Part shown: positions 40,391 to 52,294 of the stretch, piece by piece
How positions within the stretch are numbered: position 1 is the first letter of the stretch
How the letters are laid out: every line of letters starts with the position of its first letter
Assembly: GCF_018977255.1 (NCBI RefSeq)
Contig: NW_024704743.1
Span: 92,382,001 to 92,446,000, forward strand
DNA: 64,000 nucleotides
Direction: 5' to 3'
Origin: Callorhinchus milii
Taxonomy: Eukaryota
Program-made: the position numbers and the translations under genes
The notes under the pieces: model-generated
What the model saw: only the letters and a program-made list of their open reading frames with translations
Databases searched by the model: none
Told to the model about the DNA's origin: nothing

Positions 40391-40854
40391 GAATTAAATT
40401 GCAGGAATATCTGAGCCATTCCAATATTTTTACATTTCCACAAAAAGGAAAAAAAAGCTTCAACCAAGGATATGTAAATATTACCAAAAAGAGTATCAAA
40501 AAGACTTCCAGAGAATAACAAACCAATAATTTTCTAAATAAAGTTGTATTTCACTTAGCAACTTGCTTCAAAAATACAAGGTCTAAATTCCAGTGGATTT
40601 ATCCTGAAAAAGTTAAAGGTTAAAGTTAAAAGAGTAAAATGTTTAAATGGGAATGTTAACTCTCATCTCTGGAAGAATATGAATTGAAAATCAAAAGAGC
40701 AGTTAATTAGAACATTAATGCCAATTTTCTGGGGGAGAACATGACAAAACTCAGAAAATAAAACATATATAAGAAAACATGAGAACAGAATGTGCAGATT
40801 CAGATGAGGGGCGAGCTACCAAAAAGAACTGCTTCAATTAGTTAATAAGAATAT

Positions 40855-41140
40855 GAATCCATGCATTTTAATAGCTCTGTTCACATCAGGAGAAGGTCTC
40901 AAAATGCTTCATAGGATTTACTGTAAAGCGCAGTGACTGTGCATTTTGTAGACAAAAGCGGCAGTTAATTTGCACATAGTAATGTCCGACAAACAGGCAT
41001 GAAGAGAATGATCAATTTTATTTGGGAGATTGTTGACCAGGACAATGTATTTTGTCTTCTCTTTTCAAATAGTGTATAATGTGTATTTCAAATAATGTCG
41101 AACTAATCAGACAGATTGGATCTTGGTTCAATCTCTCAAA
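40855..41140 (-). mobile_element. Old DeuSINE-like SINE 3' part
   Basis: Reverse complement of the tail and body motifs of the family. Confidence 0.65.
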
Positions 41141-41145
41141 CAAAT

Positions 41146-41995
41146 TGAGAGAGGGAGTCAGGGAATCAGGCACCTGGTCATCGGGTTACATTACTAGAGA
41201 GATGTGAGATGGGAGGCATAGAAGAAAATTGGTAACCAAAGGGATTAAATGCAATCTTCTCTACTAAAAAGCTGCCTTTGAAGGTACAGAAAAACAATGA
41301 TTTGAAAAGGAGTGCCAGGGTACAGTAATTCTTTATTTCATACCTACTCTTGTTAATACGGGACATCTGTTATCATACATAATAAATAATAATAATCCTT
41401 GCATTTGATATAGCGCTTTTCACGTTGGGAGGACGTCCCAAAGCGCTTCACAGAACACACTGTAAAGTGAATTGATTGTATATTTGTGGGCGAACACGGC
41501 AGCCAATTGCACACAGCAATGTCCCACAAACAGTCGTAGATTGAAAATGACCAATTTATTATTGTTTTTGGTTTTTGGAGGGATTATTATTAGGCTCTGT
41601 GTGGAGTAAGGAAACTTGCCCAAGGTTTCGCCCTCTGCCTGGAATTGAACTCAGATCTCTCACTTGCAAAGCGAGTGCTCTAACCACTGAGCTACAGGAC
41701 TCCACAAAATCAAGATAGGCAAGGGGTACGCACAGGAAGGTAAGAACAATGGGGAAAAGACTTATAAAAACCAGAGAATAGGGACAGAGAGGTCAGTCCA
41801 GAGGAAGACTAAGAAGTTAGTCGTCCTGGAGCAATCTCCGTTTTGTGAGTATAACCAGAGGACCCACGGAGAGCTCCTGCAAACAACAGACTGCGTTACT
41901 GGTAGTATATTCTTCTTCTTATTGGTCGTATACATAAGACTTCATTTAAAATAAAACAATTTTCTTTCTTCCGAGGGTATGTAAATTAAGTCACA
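41146..41995 (+). mobile_element. Putative solo LTR interrupted by a SINE
   Basis: TATAAAA at 41763, AATAAA at 41950, end ..TCACA at 41995, candidate TG starts at 41146 or TGTGA at 41203. No clean TSD. Confidence 0.35.
41382..41705 (-). mobile_element. Young tRNA(Ala)-derived SINE
   Basis: Near-identical to the copies at 54116 and 61706. Confidence 0.93.
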
Positions 41996-43157
41996 GGATT
42001 GGAAGAGGATCTTGCTTCATGAATAGTAGAAACGTTTACATTTGCCCGATTATATTCATTCTTTCAGAAGAAAATTAATAACAATGTGGTTATCTGAAGA
42101 ACAGGCACTGGTGATACTTTCAAGCAGAGACAGATTACCAATGGTGAGGGAATATATCTTCTCTGATTTGGATACTCCTTGGCATGTTGTTGGGTATTTG
42201 CATGAGTCAGATACTGAACTGACAAATTGTTTTCTAATGGAGTCTTTGTTGCTACATGCCTGATACTAGTTGTTTCTATCTGTTACTGGAGTGAGAGGCA
42301 AATTCTTGTTTATTGTACTGTATTTTGCATGAGATCTGAAATCTTGCCTTATTTCAGAAAAAATCAAGAGGGTGGACTATGAATAAATGCAAGCAACGTT
42401 TTGGTGTTTTATGCCAAAAAATACCACATCAGAATTTAGTAGTTCTTTTAACAGAATACATATTGAAGTTTTCCCAAATACTGTTTCCCTAAAATTATTG
42501 CATTGATAGAGAATTGAAAGAAATGTTGATGTCACATTCCTAATTGGAAAAGAAACAATATTGACTTGACTTCAAGTTTTAAATCTTCTCCACCGTGTGT
42601 TGCTAACATTACTGTGTTCACTTAGCTTTGTGCAAAGAATTGCAAATATAACAGTCCTTATGTACCTCAGTCTTTCATAAATGAGAATCACTAAATTATA
42701 AGAGGTTTGAATGAAGAAAGCTTGTCTTTTAAATTAGTCCAGTGTGGTAACACCAACCAGCTTCCTGGTAACCTGTTATAGCTATTAATTACCACAGAAC
42801 CACACAACCATAAAAATCTACAACACAGTAGGAGACCATTTGACTTACAGTGTTGGTGTGTTAGGTTTAGTGTTTCCTCCTCTAATTAAACCATCTATCT
42901 TAATCCCAATTTCCTGTTCTTGCTCGCTAATTCCCTTTCTTTGTATTTGCCTATCTAATTCTCTTTTAAATGCTCTCTGATTTCCATCCCACTGTTCTTG
43001 ACAACTAAATCACTGAGCAGCATTTCCAATAACACTTTTTTCTCTCCCTTCACTCTCACATTAAATTTAAATCTGTTTTTACCTATAAAAAGAAACAGCG
43101 AGGGATTCAGAAGAAATTTTATAAAAGGGTTGTTGAATATAATAATACTTGCATTTC

Positions 43158-43652
43158 ATAATAATAATCCTTACATTTGATATAGCACCATATCACGCCT
43201 TTGAGACATTTCAAAGCTCTTCACAAAATATATTGTCAAGTGAATTGACTGTTATTTTTTGTGGGTGAAATGCTGTAGCAAATTGTGCGTAGCAGTGCCC
43301 TGCAAACAGTTGTAGATCGATATAGCGTCTTATCATGTCGTTGAGATGTCTCAAAGCGCTTCACAGAATATATTTAAAGTGGATTGATGGTGAATTTTGT
43401 GAGCGAAATGCGGCAGCCATTTGCACCTAGCAGTGTCCCACAAAAAGTTGTGGAATGAATGACAAAATTATTTTTTTGAGGGATTATTAAACCTGGAATA
43501 AGATCTGCCAATCAACTGGGTTCCAACTTGCTGCTTGGTAAACAGAGGCATGTGGAGTAAGCAAACTTACCTAAGGTTTTGCCCCACCTGGGAATCGAAC
43601 CTAGTCCTTTCACTTGCAAGATGAGTGCTCCAATCAATGCTGAACGACTCCA
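43158..43652 (-). mobile_element. Older long-form tRNA(Ala) SINE (43318-43652) with a second 3' half in tandem (43158-43317)
   Basis: Two consecutive tail+body blocks and one head ending gactcca. Confidence 0.8.
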
Positions 43653-43708
43653 AATGCTGAAGGAATTGAGGAAATATATTAAAATATATTAAAATGTATT
43701 ACATATAT

Positions 43709-45128
43709 GGAACATAGGAACAGGAATAGGCGATTCAGCCCTTCGAGCCTGTTCCACCATTTAATTAGATCATAGCTGATCTGTACCTCAACTAATCCTG
43801 TCAATTTCAATTTCCCGCTTTCTCCCCATATTCCCTTAATACTCTGATCTACCAAAAATCTATCAACCTCACTCTTGAAGGTATGGATGGATCCAGCATC
43901 CACAGCCTTTTGGGTGAGAGAATTACAGATTTCTACCACCCTTTGAGTGAAAAAATGCTTCCTGATTTCACTCTTAAATGGCCTGGTTCTAATTTTAAGG
44001 CTATGCCCCTCGTTTTGGATTCCCAACCAGAGGAAATAGCTTCTCTGTATCTACCCTATTGAATCCCTTTATCATCTTAAATACCTCAATCAAATCACCC
44101 CTCAACCTTCTAAACTCAAGGGAATACAATTCAAGTTTAGGCAGCCTTTCCTCGTAACTTAACCCTTTTAGGCTTGGTAACATTTTAGTGGAACTGTGCT
44201 GCACCCTCTCCAGGGCCAATATTATCTTTCCTGAGGTGTGGTGCCCAAAACTGAACACAGTACTCCAGATGGGGTCTGACTAACGCTCTATGCAGCTGAA
44301 GCATCATTTCTTCCCCTTTGTAGTCCAGGCCATTAAGATAAAGACCAACATTCCATTCACCTTTTTGATTACTTTTTCACCTCGGAACCAGTATTAGTGA
44401 TTTGTGAATGTGGACATCCAAATACCTTTGCTCCTCCATAGTTCTTAATTTCTCCCCATTAAGAAAAATTCTGCTTTATCTTTTTTTGGTCCATAGTGGA
44501 TGACCTCGCACTTTCCTACATTGAACTCCATCTGCCACAGCTTTTCCCAATCACTTAATCTGTCTAAGTCCCTTTGTAACTTCCTATTCCCATCTACAAA
44601 ACTTACTGAGCCTCCTTGCTTAGTGTTGTCTGCAAACTTGGATATAAAACTTTCTATTCCTTCATCTAAGTAATTTATACATGCGGCAAATAACTGGGGT
44701 CCAAGTACAGACCCCTGGGGGACACCACTTGTCATGTCCCAGAGAACGTTCCCTTTATCACTACTCTCTGTTTGCTGACTCCCAACCAAGCCATGTCACA
44801 AGGTTACCTCCGACTCTATGAGCTTCCATTTTTGCTGTTAATCTTTTGGGTGGAACTTTATTAAATGCCTCCTGAAAGTCCATATAAACGACATCCATAG
44901 ACACTTTCGTATCCACCATTGTATTGACCTCCTCAGAAAATTCAACTAGATTAGTCAGACACGATCTATCCTTCAAAAAATCTATTCTGACTCTCTTTGA
45001 CTAGCTCATACCTGTCCAAGTATTCAATCATTTGTCCATGATGATGGATTCCAGTATTTTCCCCACAACTGATGTTAGGCTGACAAGTCTCTAGTTTCCT
45101 GATTTCTCCCTTCCTCCCTTCTTAAATA
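43709..45128 (-). mobile_element. CR1 LINE, 5'-truncated
   Basis: [70 protein letters not shown]; tail cctgttcctatgttcc. Confidence 0.94.
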
Positions 45129-45193
45129 TATGAGGAAAGGCTGCCTAAACTTGGATTGTACTCCCTTGAGTTTAGAAAGTTGAGAGGTAATTT
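45129..45193 (+). mobile_element. Short inverted CR1 segment
   Basis: Reverse complement of about 44092-44156 with roughly 6 differences. Confidence 0.85.
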
Positions 45194-45251
45194 CCAATCT
45201 AAGCGCACAATTCCCAAATTGTCATGGGAGCTAAAGTTCTCCCATGTGGTA

Positions 45252-45380
45252 CAGATAGAGAGAGAGAGACTGAGACAGAGAGTCTGAGAGAGACAGAGAG
45301 AGAAACTGAAAGAGAGACACAGAGAGAGAGAGACTGAGAGAGAAAGAGACTGAGAGAAAGAAAAACTGAAAGAAAGAGTG
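45252..45380. repeat. GA-rich compound microsatellite
   Basis: (GA)n interspersed with actga and aca units. Confidence 0.85.
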
Positions 45381-45473
45381 CTTAAGAGAAACTGTAAGAG
45401 AAAATATATTGAAGGAGTCCTCCCACTGAGTCCTTCCAAAAGGAATCCTCCCACAGGAGTCTTCCCAGCTGAG

Positions 45474-45564
45474 TATAGATAAAGACGAAATGTTTGTCTG
45501 TGTGTCAGTCTCCATTCCATATTGATCCTTTGGTTGCAAGCAAAGCTGCAATGGGTACAGCTAG
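45474..45564 (+). mobile_element. Miniature non-autonomous Helitron
   Basis: 45513-45564 aligns to 35878-35930 at 47/53 and ends CTAG|T. It is preceded by a Helitron-5'-like tatagataaagacgaaatgtttgtctgtg. Confidence 0.72.
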
Positions 45565-46335
45565 TATCTAACTGACATCTATAATGCGTTTTAAATCAAT
45601 ACGTATTAATGTAAATCTGTGATCTCTGGCCTACAAACACACACATGCAAAGCTTTTATTAAAACACAGTGATAAATTAAATAAGCAGCATGCATTCCTT
45701 GGAATTTATCAATAGAATCATAAGCATAATGAGGAATTAATTAAATGCCCGTCATTAATTCTCCACCGATACCCAAATCCACAACTGATGCCTGGATATA
45801 TCTGCAGAACAAAATACATACCAGAAGCTATTCTGTTATATCTTGGTGGCTTAATATTGTGTGACATAGGTCCCCTGCTGAGGAGCAGCTCAGAGTTGCA
45901 TAAATATTAATTAACTGCTTCCAAGCAGTTAAAGTTTTGCATTATTATTCACTCCCCTTCAAGGACAGGTCACACAGAGGAGGTGGACATTGGTAATATA
46001 GAATTACTTGAGGTGGGTATAGAACAATTATTGGAGTTTATTATTCAAAGAGAAATCATACTGGAAGTTATTCAAAAATAAGACCAATAAATCACTGGGT
46101 CACGATACTTTGATCCAGGCATTCTGAGAGAAGCTACAACAACAACAACAAATTACACTTGTATAGCACCTTTCACGGGAAGCAAGGGAAGAAATAACAG
46201 TCTCGGGCTATAATTTTCTAAAATATTGTTGAAATTTGGGAAATTTAAGCCAGAGGTTTGGACGTGGCAAATACAACACTAGCCAGGATAAGGCAGAGAC
46301 AATATATAACAATTGGTCTTACTTCAGGTGTTGAT

Positions 46336-46472
46336 AATACAACAACAACAAAATTACATTTGTATAGGGCCTTTCATGTTGGGAGGATGTCCAAGGCGCT
46401 GGACAGACAGAGTTTTGGACCCGAGCTGGGGGTCGGGGTCGGGAAGGGTGGAGGGCAGAGGGGAATGCAGGA
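46336..46472 (-). mobile_element. L2 3' stub
   Basis: Matches the tail at 32453-32580. Confidence 0.85.
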
Positions 46473-46525
46473 ATGATGTATTAGTTTATAATGAATTTAG
46501 CAAACATTAGGAGCAGTACAAGCTA

Positions 46526-47340
46526 ATCATAGAAATTTACAGTATAGAAGAGGCCATTTGGCCCATTGTGACTGTGGTAGACCTTTGAGAGAGTCATCCT
46601 CTCAAGTCCACTTATCTGGTTTTAGCCCAGATCCCAGCAAGTTATTCATATTTATCTGTCTTGTTCCCTCTTGAAAGCTGATATCAATTGTGCCTCGACC
46701 ATCACAACTGGCAGGGCATTCCAGATCCAAATAACTCTTTGTGAAAAAATTCTTCCTAACCTCTGCCTTTGCCCCCTAATTATTTTAAATTGATGTTAGT
46801 CAATGACTCATTGACCAGTGGCAATAAGTTCTCCCTATCAACTCTATGAACACCCCTCATCATTTTAAAGACCACTATCAGTTCTTCTCTCAGTCTCCTT
46901 GGTTCATGAAAATAGGCTCACATCATCCAGTCTCTGATTCAAGAGGTAACCCACTCATCCCAATAAATCTTCTCTGCAACCACTCTTTGACCATGACGTC
47001 TTTCCTAAAATGGGGTGACCAAATCTCTATTCTAGCTGCAGTCTGTCTAACAATTATTGCCTTTATGGCTTTATATTCTATGTCCCTTTTTATTAAATCT
47101 AGCATCCCATTAGCATTCTTCAAAGTTCTGTCCACTCGACTTCCCATCTTTAAAGATTTATGTACTTTAACCCTCTGCTCGTCTACTTTTAAAATGTTAC
47201 CATTTAGCATATAATTCCTCTCCTTATTCCTTCTCCTAAAATGTATAACCTCTATATTAACATTTTCATCTGCCATCTCTCTGCGAACTTTACTAGTCTG
47301 TCTATTTCCTCTTGAAATCGCTTAAAATCTTCACTGTTTG
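46526..47340 (-). mobile_element. Old CR1 3' portion
   Basis: NIEVIHFRRRN..ANGMLDLIKRDIEYK..WSPHFRKDV..LQRRF; tail atcatagaa..gaggccatttggccc. Confidence 0.85.
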
Positions 47341-48212
47341 CTTCATAACTTCTGTTTTATAGCTTGTGGATTATGAATGTCAGAGTTATGAATGCCTCTC
47401 CTCAGCTCTCCTCGTTGGAAAGTACACAAAAGTTGCAATCCCGGTTCTCTCCCGTCCAGACATTTTATCTGCAATATTATGGTGCTCGTGACCACATACA
47501 GACCAGTGAAGTTGCTCTTGGAACTAAAATAAGAAAGTGTTGTACGATGTAAATAATAACAGACCCCCCCCCACCCCCCGCGTCACCATCCTCTGTCCTA
47601 TCATGTGACCCAGTCAGGAAATGTGTAGCTTTTTCCATGTAATCTGTGGTCAGAGCAAAGTATTTGTTTTTTATTCTTTGCTAACTATGTGTGGTAGAGT
47701 CTAAGCAAAATAGCCAATCAATATGCATAGAAACTATTCAATTTATTAACCTGTCATACTATGGTAATGGGTTAATCTGCTCCAATGCATTGAAAAGCAA
47801 TGAATTCACTAAACAGAATGAATCAAATCACTCAGAATAAGCAGTTCAAATTATGTTCTGTTTGATCAGGGTTTGAAATGTTCCCTATTAAATTATGCAC
47901 TTCTTTGAGTTGATCAATTGTCATTCAACAGTAGTCTAGATTTGTGTTTCCAATTATGTGCTGTGTTGCACAAACTTCATTTTCCTAATAAATATCATAG
48001 CAGCAGAATATGTTTTATTCAGCATTTTCTAGTTATAAAAGATACATTGAGATGTTTTAAAAATCTATCAGTCCAATCATTTCATAAAATCTGACTCTTG
48101 CATACAAAAGAAAGAAGATGGTAAACATATAGAGGTGCATTATATGGAAATCCAAAGGCATTTGGGGACAGGAGAAAGCCACTTAGTTCACCAAGTAAGC
48201 ACAAACCATGCA

Positions 48213-48395
48213 CGATAATAATAATAATTCTTGCATTTGATATTGCACCTTATCACATCTATGAGATGTCTCAAAGCTCTTCACAGAATATACTGTAAAG
48301 TGAAGTGACTGTATATTTTGTGGGTGAAATGCAGCAGCCAATTCTGTGAGGCAGTGTCTCACAAATAGCCGTGGATTGAGTGAACAAATTATTTT
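48213..48395 (-). mobile_element. SINE 3' half (older subfamily)
   Basis: ataataattcttgcatttgata..cacatctatgagatgtctcaaag..gcagcagccaatt. Confidence 0.8.
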
Positions 48396-49749
48396 GCACT
48401 GTCCACTGTTCAGAAATAACTAACTCCTGACAGAATTTATATAACTTGATATAATAACCTTAAGAATGCTTCACGATTAACAAAAAAGTCCAAAAATTTT
48501 AACTGTTAAGCCCATGTCAGTAAATGTATCAGAGCAACACAAGTGCTGGCTGTTTTTCGTGGCTCAGTGAATTATAGGTTTCAGATGATAAAACAATTAC
48601 CTGCACAAATATAACAGAATCCAGGAAGTAACATGATGATTATTCTCACTGCATCAAATGTCTCCGTGTCACATGAGGTTTCTGAGGTCAAATTGCAAGT
48701 TGATTTAAAACTGCCTAGCAGCCAAACAAGCTTAAAGAACCGAAGCTTTCAGCAGTATTGAACTCCTTTAGAAAGTTCCACACTATGCAATAATAGGCTC
48801 CAAAAAGTGCTATTAGATTGTTAAGAGAAATACAGGATAGATAATGTTTACCTCAGTTGATGCAGCATCATGCAGAGAGTAGAAGTCTATGATTTACCCT
48901 TCTTCCTAGCAGGAACCTTCATCTTTCTTTATCTTTGAACTAAAAAACATGCTAATGATTGGAAAATGCAGCAAATGAAAAAGAAACTTTGCGCAGCACC
49001 AAATCATGATTAAAGAACACAATTTGAGTTAAAAAAAANCCTTGTGCAAATACTGACCATTTCATACATTAAAAAGACAGTGCTCATGTGACAGGTCTTA
49101 GCATTTTGAGTGTTGCATTGGGAAATACTAAACATCTGAAATTTTTCAATGGAATGCTGGCTGAGCAAGGTCGAAGAAGATTTACTAATATGTGTCCTGC
49201 AAATAAATCAGTTCCAATTAAACAAAATAAGTTGGTTTAGACAGATAGTTATCGGAATTAAACATCTCACCAGGGAAATGACAGCAGAAAATTAGTATAA
49301 ATAGTACAAAGAATACAAGACGTTCTGCCGAGAGACTGATAATTAAATGTAATAAATATTTAATAAGCATGAAAAGTTCAGATAACTGAAATTCACTTTT
49401 GCGGCTCATGTGAGATCCAAGGATGGAAACTTGAATCCACCCCTTGCCATATCTGAAAGTAAAGTTGATGCTGTGTTGCAGATTTTAATGGGCGCAGTGA
49501 ACAATGGGGGCCTTGTAATTGGTCTGCGTTTCATGCAGCTTGCAGGCTGCTCCTTTTATTGCCTCTGTGAAAGAGTGAATGGAGAAATCATAATGATAGT
49601 GTTGCATTGCACATATCTGTGCATGACAGGGAGCCTTTGTTGCCTGACATTCCTTCTGTTTTCCTCTCCTGGAATTTAGAGTTTTAGTCTTGTCATTAAC
49701 TTCACGTTAGAGATATCAAATATCGATGGACATGCTCAGATATGACTCT

Positions 49750-50113
49750 ATAATAATAATCCTAATAATGCTTGCCTTTGGCATCACATCATTGAGACGT
49801 CTCAAAGTGTCACAGAATATATTGTAAAGTGAATTGATCGTGTATTTTTTTGGCGAGAGGTGGCAACCATTTGCGCACACCATTGTTCCACAAACAGTGG
49901 TGTATTGAGCAAACAAATAATTTTTGGAAGGGATTTTTATCCCCAGAAAGCAATGCGCCAATCGACTAACAACTAGGTTCCTACTTACTGCTTGGGAAGC
50001 AGAGGCATGTGGAGTAAGGAAACTCGCCTAAGGTTTCACCCCGCCCGGATATCGAACCTCGGTTTTCTCGTTTGCAAGCTGAGCGCGCTAAACCGCTATG
50101 CTACGGGACTCCA
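49750..50113 (-). mobile_element. Older long-form tRNA(Ala) SINE
   Basis: Head tggagtcccgtagcatagcgg..ttgcaa..ggttcgatatcc on the minus strand; retains the central segment. Confidence 0.85.
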
Positions 50114-50180
50114 GACTTCACTGAGACATCAAACCCATCTATTTAAAAAAAGAAAGGAGTTTCTCCTGGTGTACTGGCCA

Positions 50181-50345
50181 ATAGAATCATAGAATTATAC
50201 GGCACAGAAGGAGGCCATTCAGCCCATTGTGTCTTTACCGGCTCTTTGAAAAGAGCAGTCCAAATCAATCCCACTTCCCCACTCTCTCCCCATAGCCCTG
50301 CAAACTTGTCCCCCCAAATAATGACCTACTTCTCTCTTAAAGGTT
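50181..50345 (-). mobile_element. CR1 3' end
   Basis: atagaatcatagaa..cacagaaggaggccattcagcccatt. Confidence 0.8.
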
Positions 50346-52294
50346 ATTATCCAATCCTCGAGAAACAAACTTGTAAGTTCACTTCATGACTGTTTGTGGG
50401 ACATTGCTGTGCACAAATTGATTGCCGCAATCACCTATAAAAATAGTCACTACACTTTTCAGTAAACGCTGTGAAAGAAGTTCAACATCATGATAAGTCT
50501 CTATAGCAAAGGCAAGTACTTTAGCTTTTTAGGAAACATTTAATTTCAATTGAAAGGATGCATACGTTTTACAACAGAATTAATGCACTATTATTATGCA
50601 TAAATCTTTCTCTTGTACTGAAGTGGTACGGAGGGGAAAGATGACTGAAAGAGGTACATTTTGACCCGGACCTTGAATAAAAACGCAATGCAACCGCAAT
50701 GCACAACGATCACAGAAATCATCTTCCATCCAATCTGATATAAAAATTATTCGATCAAATCTGATTTAAAATTCTCTTCTATATTGAGATTTCTAGTTTT
50801 CTATATTATGTTTGAATTCATAATTCAAGAAGACAGATTAAAATGAGTATAATTACATGACTATAAGGTAGAATTTGATGAAACAGCAACATATTGTACA
50901 TGAATTGTGGCATATATTTATATCATTCAACATTAATTTCCATGATATGCAGCAAATCCAGAATTGGCACAGAATCAATATTTTGAATACTTCAGTACTT
51001 TTATGCAAAAAATATTTTTGTACACACAGCTTCTCTTCCAACCCAACCATGCTCAGTGTTGCAATCCACAGGGACACTTCTGCATCAGATTAACACAATA
51101 ACAAAATTACATTTATATAGTGCCTTTCATGTCAGGAGGACGTCCCAAGGCGCTGACAATAAATGTTTTGAACACTTGTGAGTAGCACAAATCTAGCAAA
51201 AAATTTACTGCAAAACTAACTTAATATACCATATTGAGGTTCAGGGGTAAAGACTGTTTTCCACCAAGATAATTTGTTAGACTTTACAAACTCTGTGCTC
51301 ACAGCTCAAAAAATGGTTTTCAGTGATTTGTGACATAAAGTGTATAAATAGCTCACAGGGATTGTGAATATTACAAAAATATTAATGCGTCTTAACATTT
51401 CTGACTTAATGTCAACCACACTAGGTTTCTCTCTTCAGTTACCTACTTAAAAGGAATAGGGAAGATTCCTGTGAATTCTGGAACCCATGCATCAATGGGA
51501 TCAATCTTGATTCAATATTGTACATCTCCTGCAGATCTACATCTATAACATCAAATATAACAATAAAATAATCCAATTTAAAATGATGATGGATATTCTT
51601 TACAACTTTTTTTGCCCACATTACGTATTCCACACTGCATTTGTTCGATCTGTATTTGCATTACATTTGCATATTATGACATTCACGTCAATAATATGAC
51701 ATAACTTTAATTCACGTCAATAAATGGAAAATCTTTGATAAAAATCTCAAAGCAATGGTTTGTTTCTGACAGATTGATCAATGGATTTCTTGTACAGTGA
51801 AGCCCTTTTAAGAACATTCTTACTGACTACATAAAACATGTTTCGTATTTCTTCACAGATCTCTCTAATCCCAGCTATGTGATACAGTGAAATTAGAAAA
51901 TTACCATAGTGTGCTGCTATTTCATTTAGTAAATTCTGTCTGACAGAACATTTTCAAAATGTGCAAAGGACATTACAATTAATGGACTCATTGCACAATG
52001 CACTGACATTTTTATTGACTTGGACTATATCTTTTGGATTGCCCGAGTTGTTTAATGTGCTTGTATGTTGCCCACACAGTGAAACCAGCAGTTGGATTCA
52101 TAAATTCATAATCTCGATTCAGGTTTGCAATTGAGCTTATGTCAAACTACAATTTATTAATCTCAGCTGCTTCCAAGCAGAAGGAAGGTGTTAGCTACAA
52201 GGAAGGAAAATCAGCAGTGGCTCTACCTCTGGTTGCACTCCAGTTCAGTATTGTATTACCCCAGAGTAGCACTGGGAAATAACCATCACAGGAT

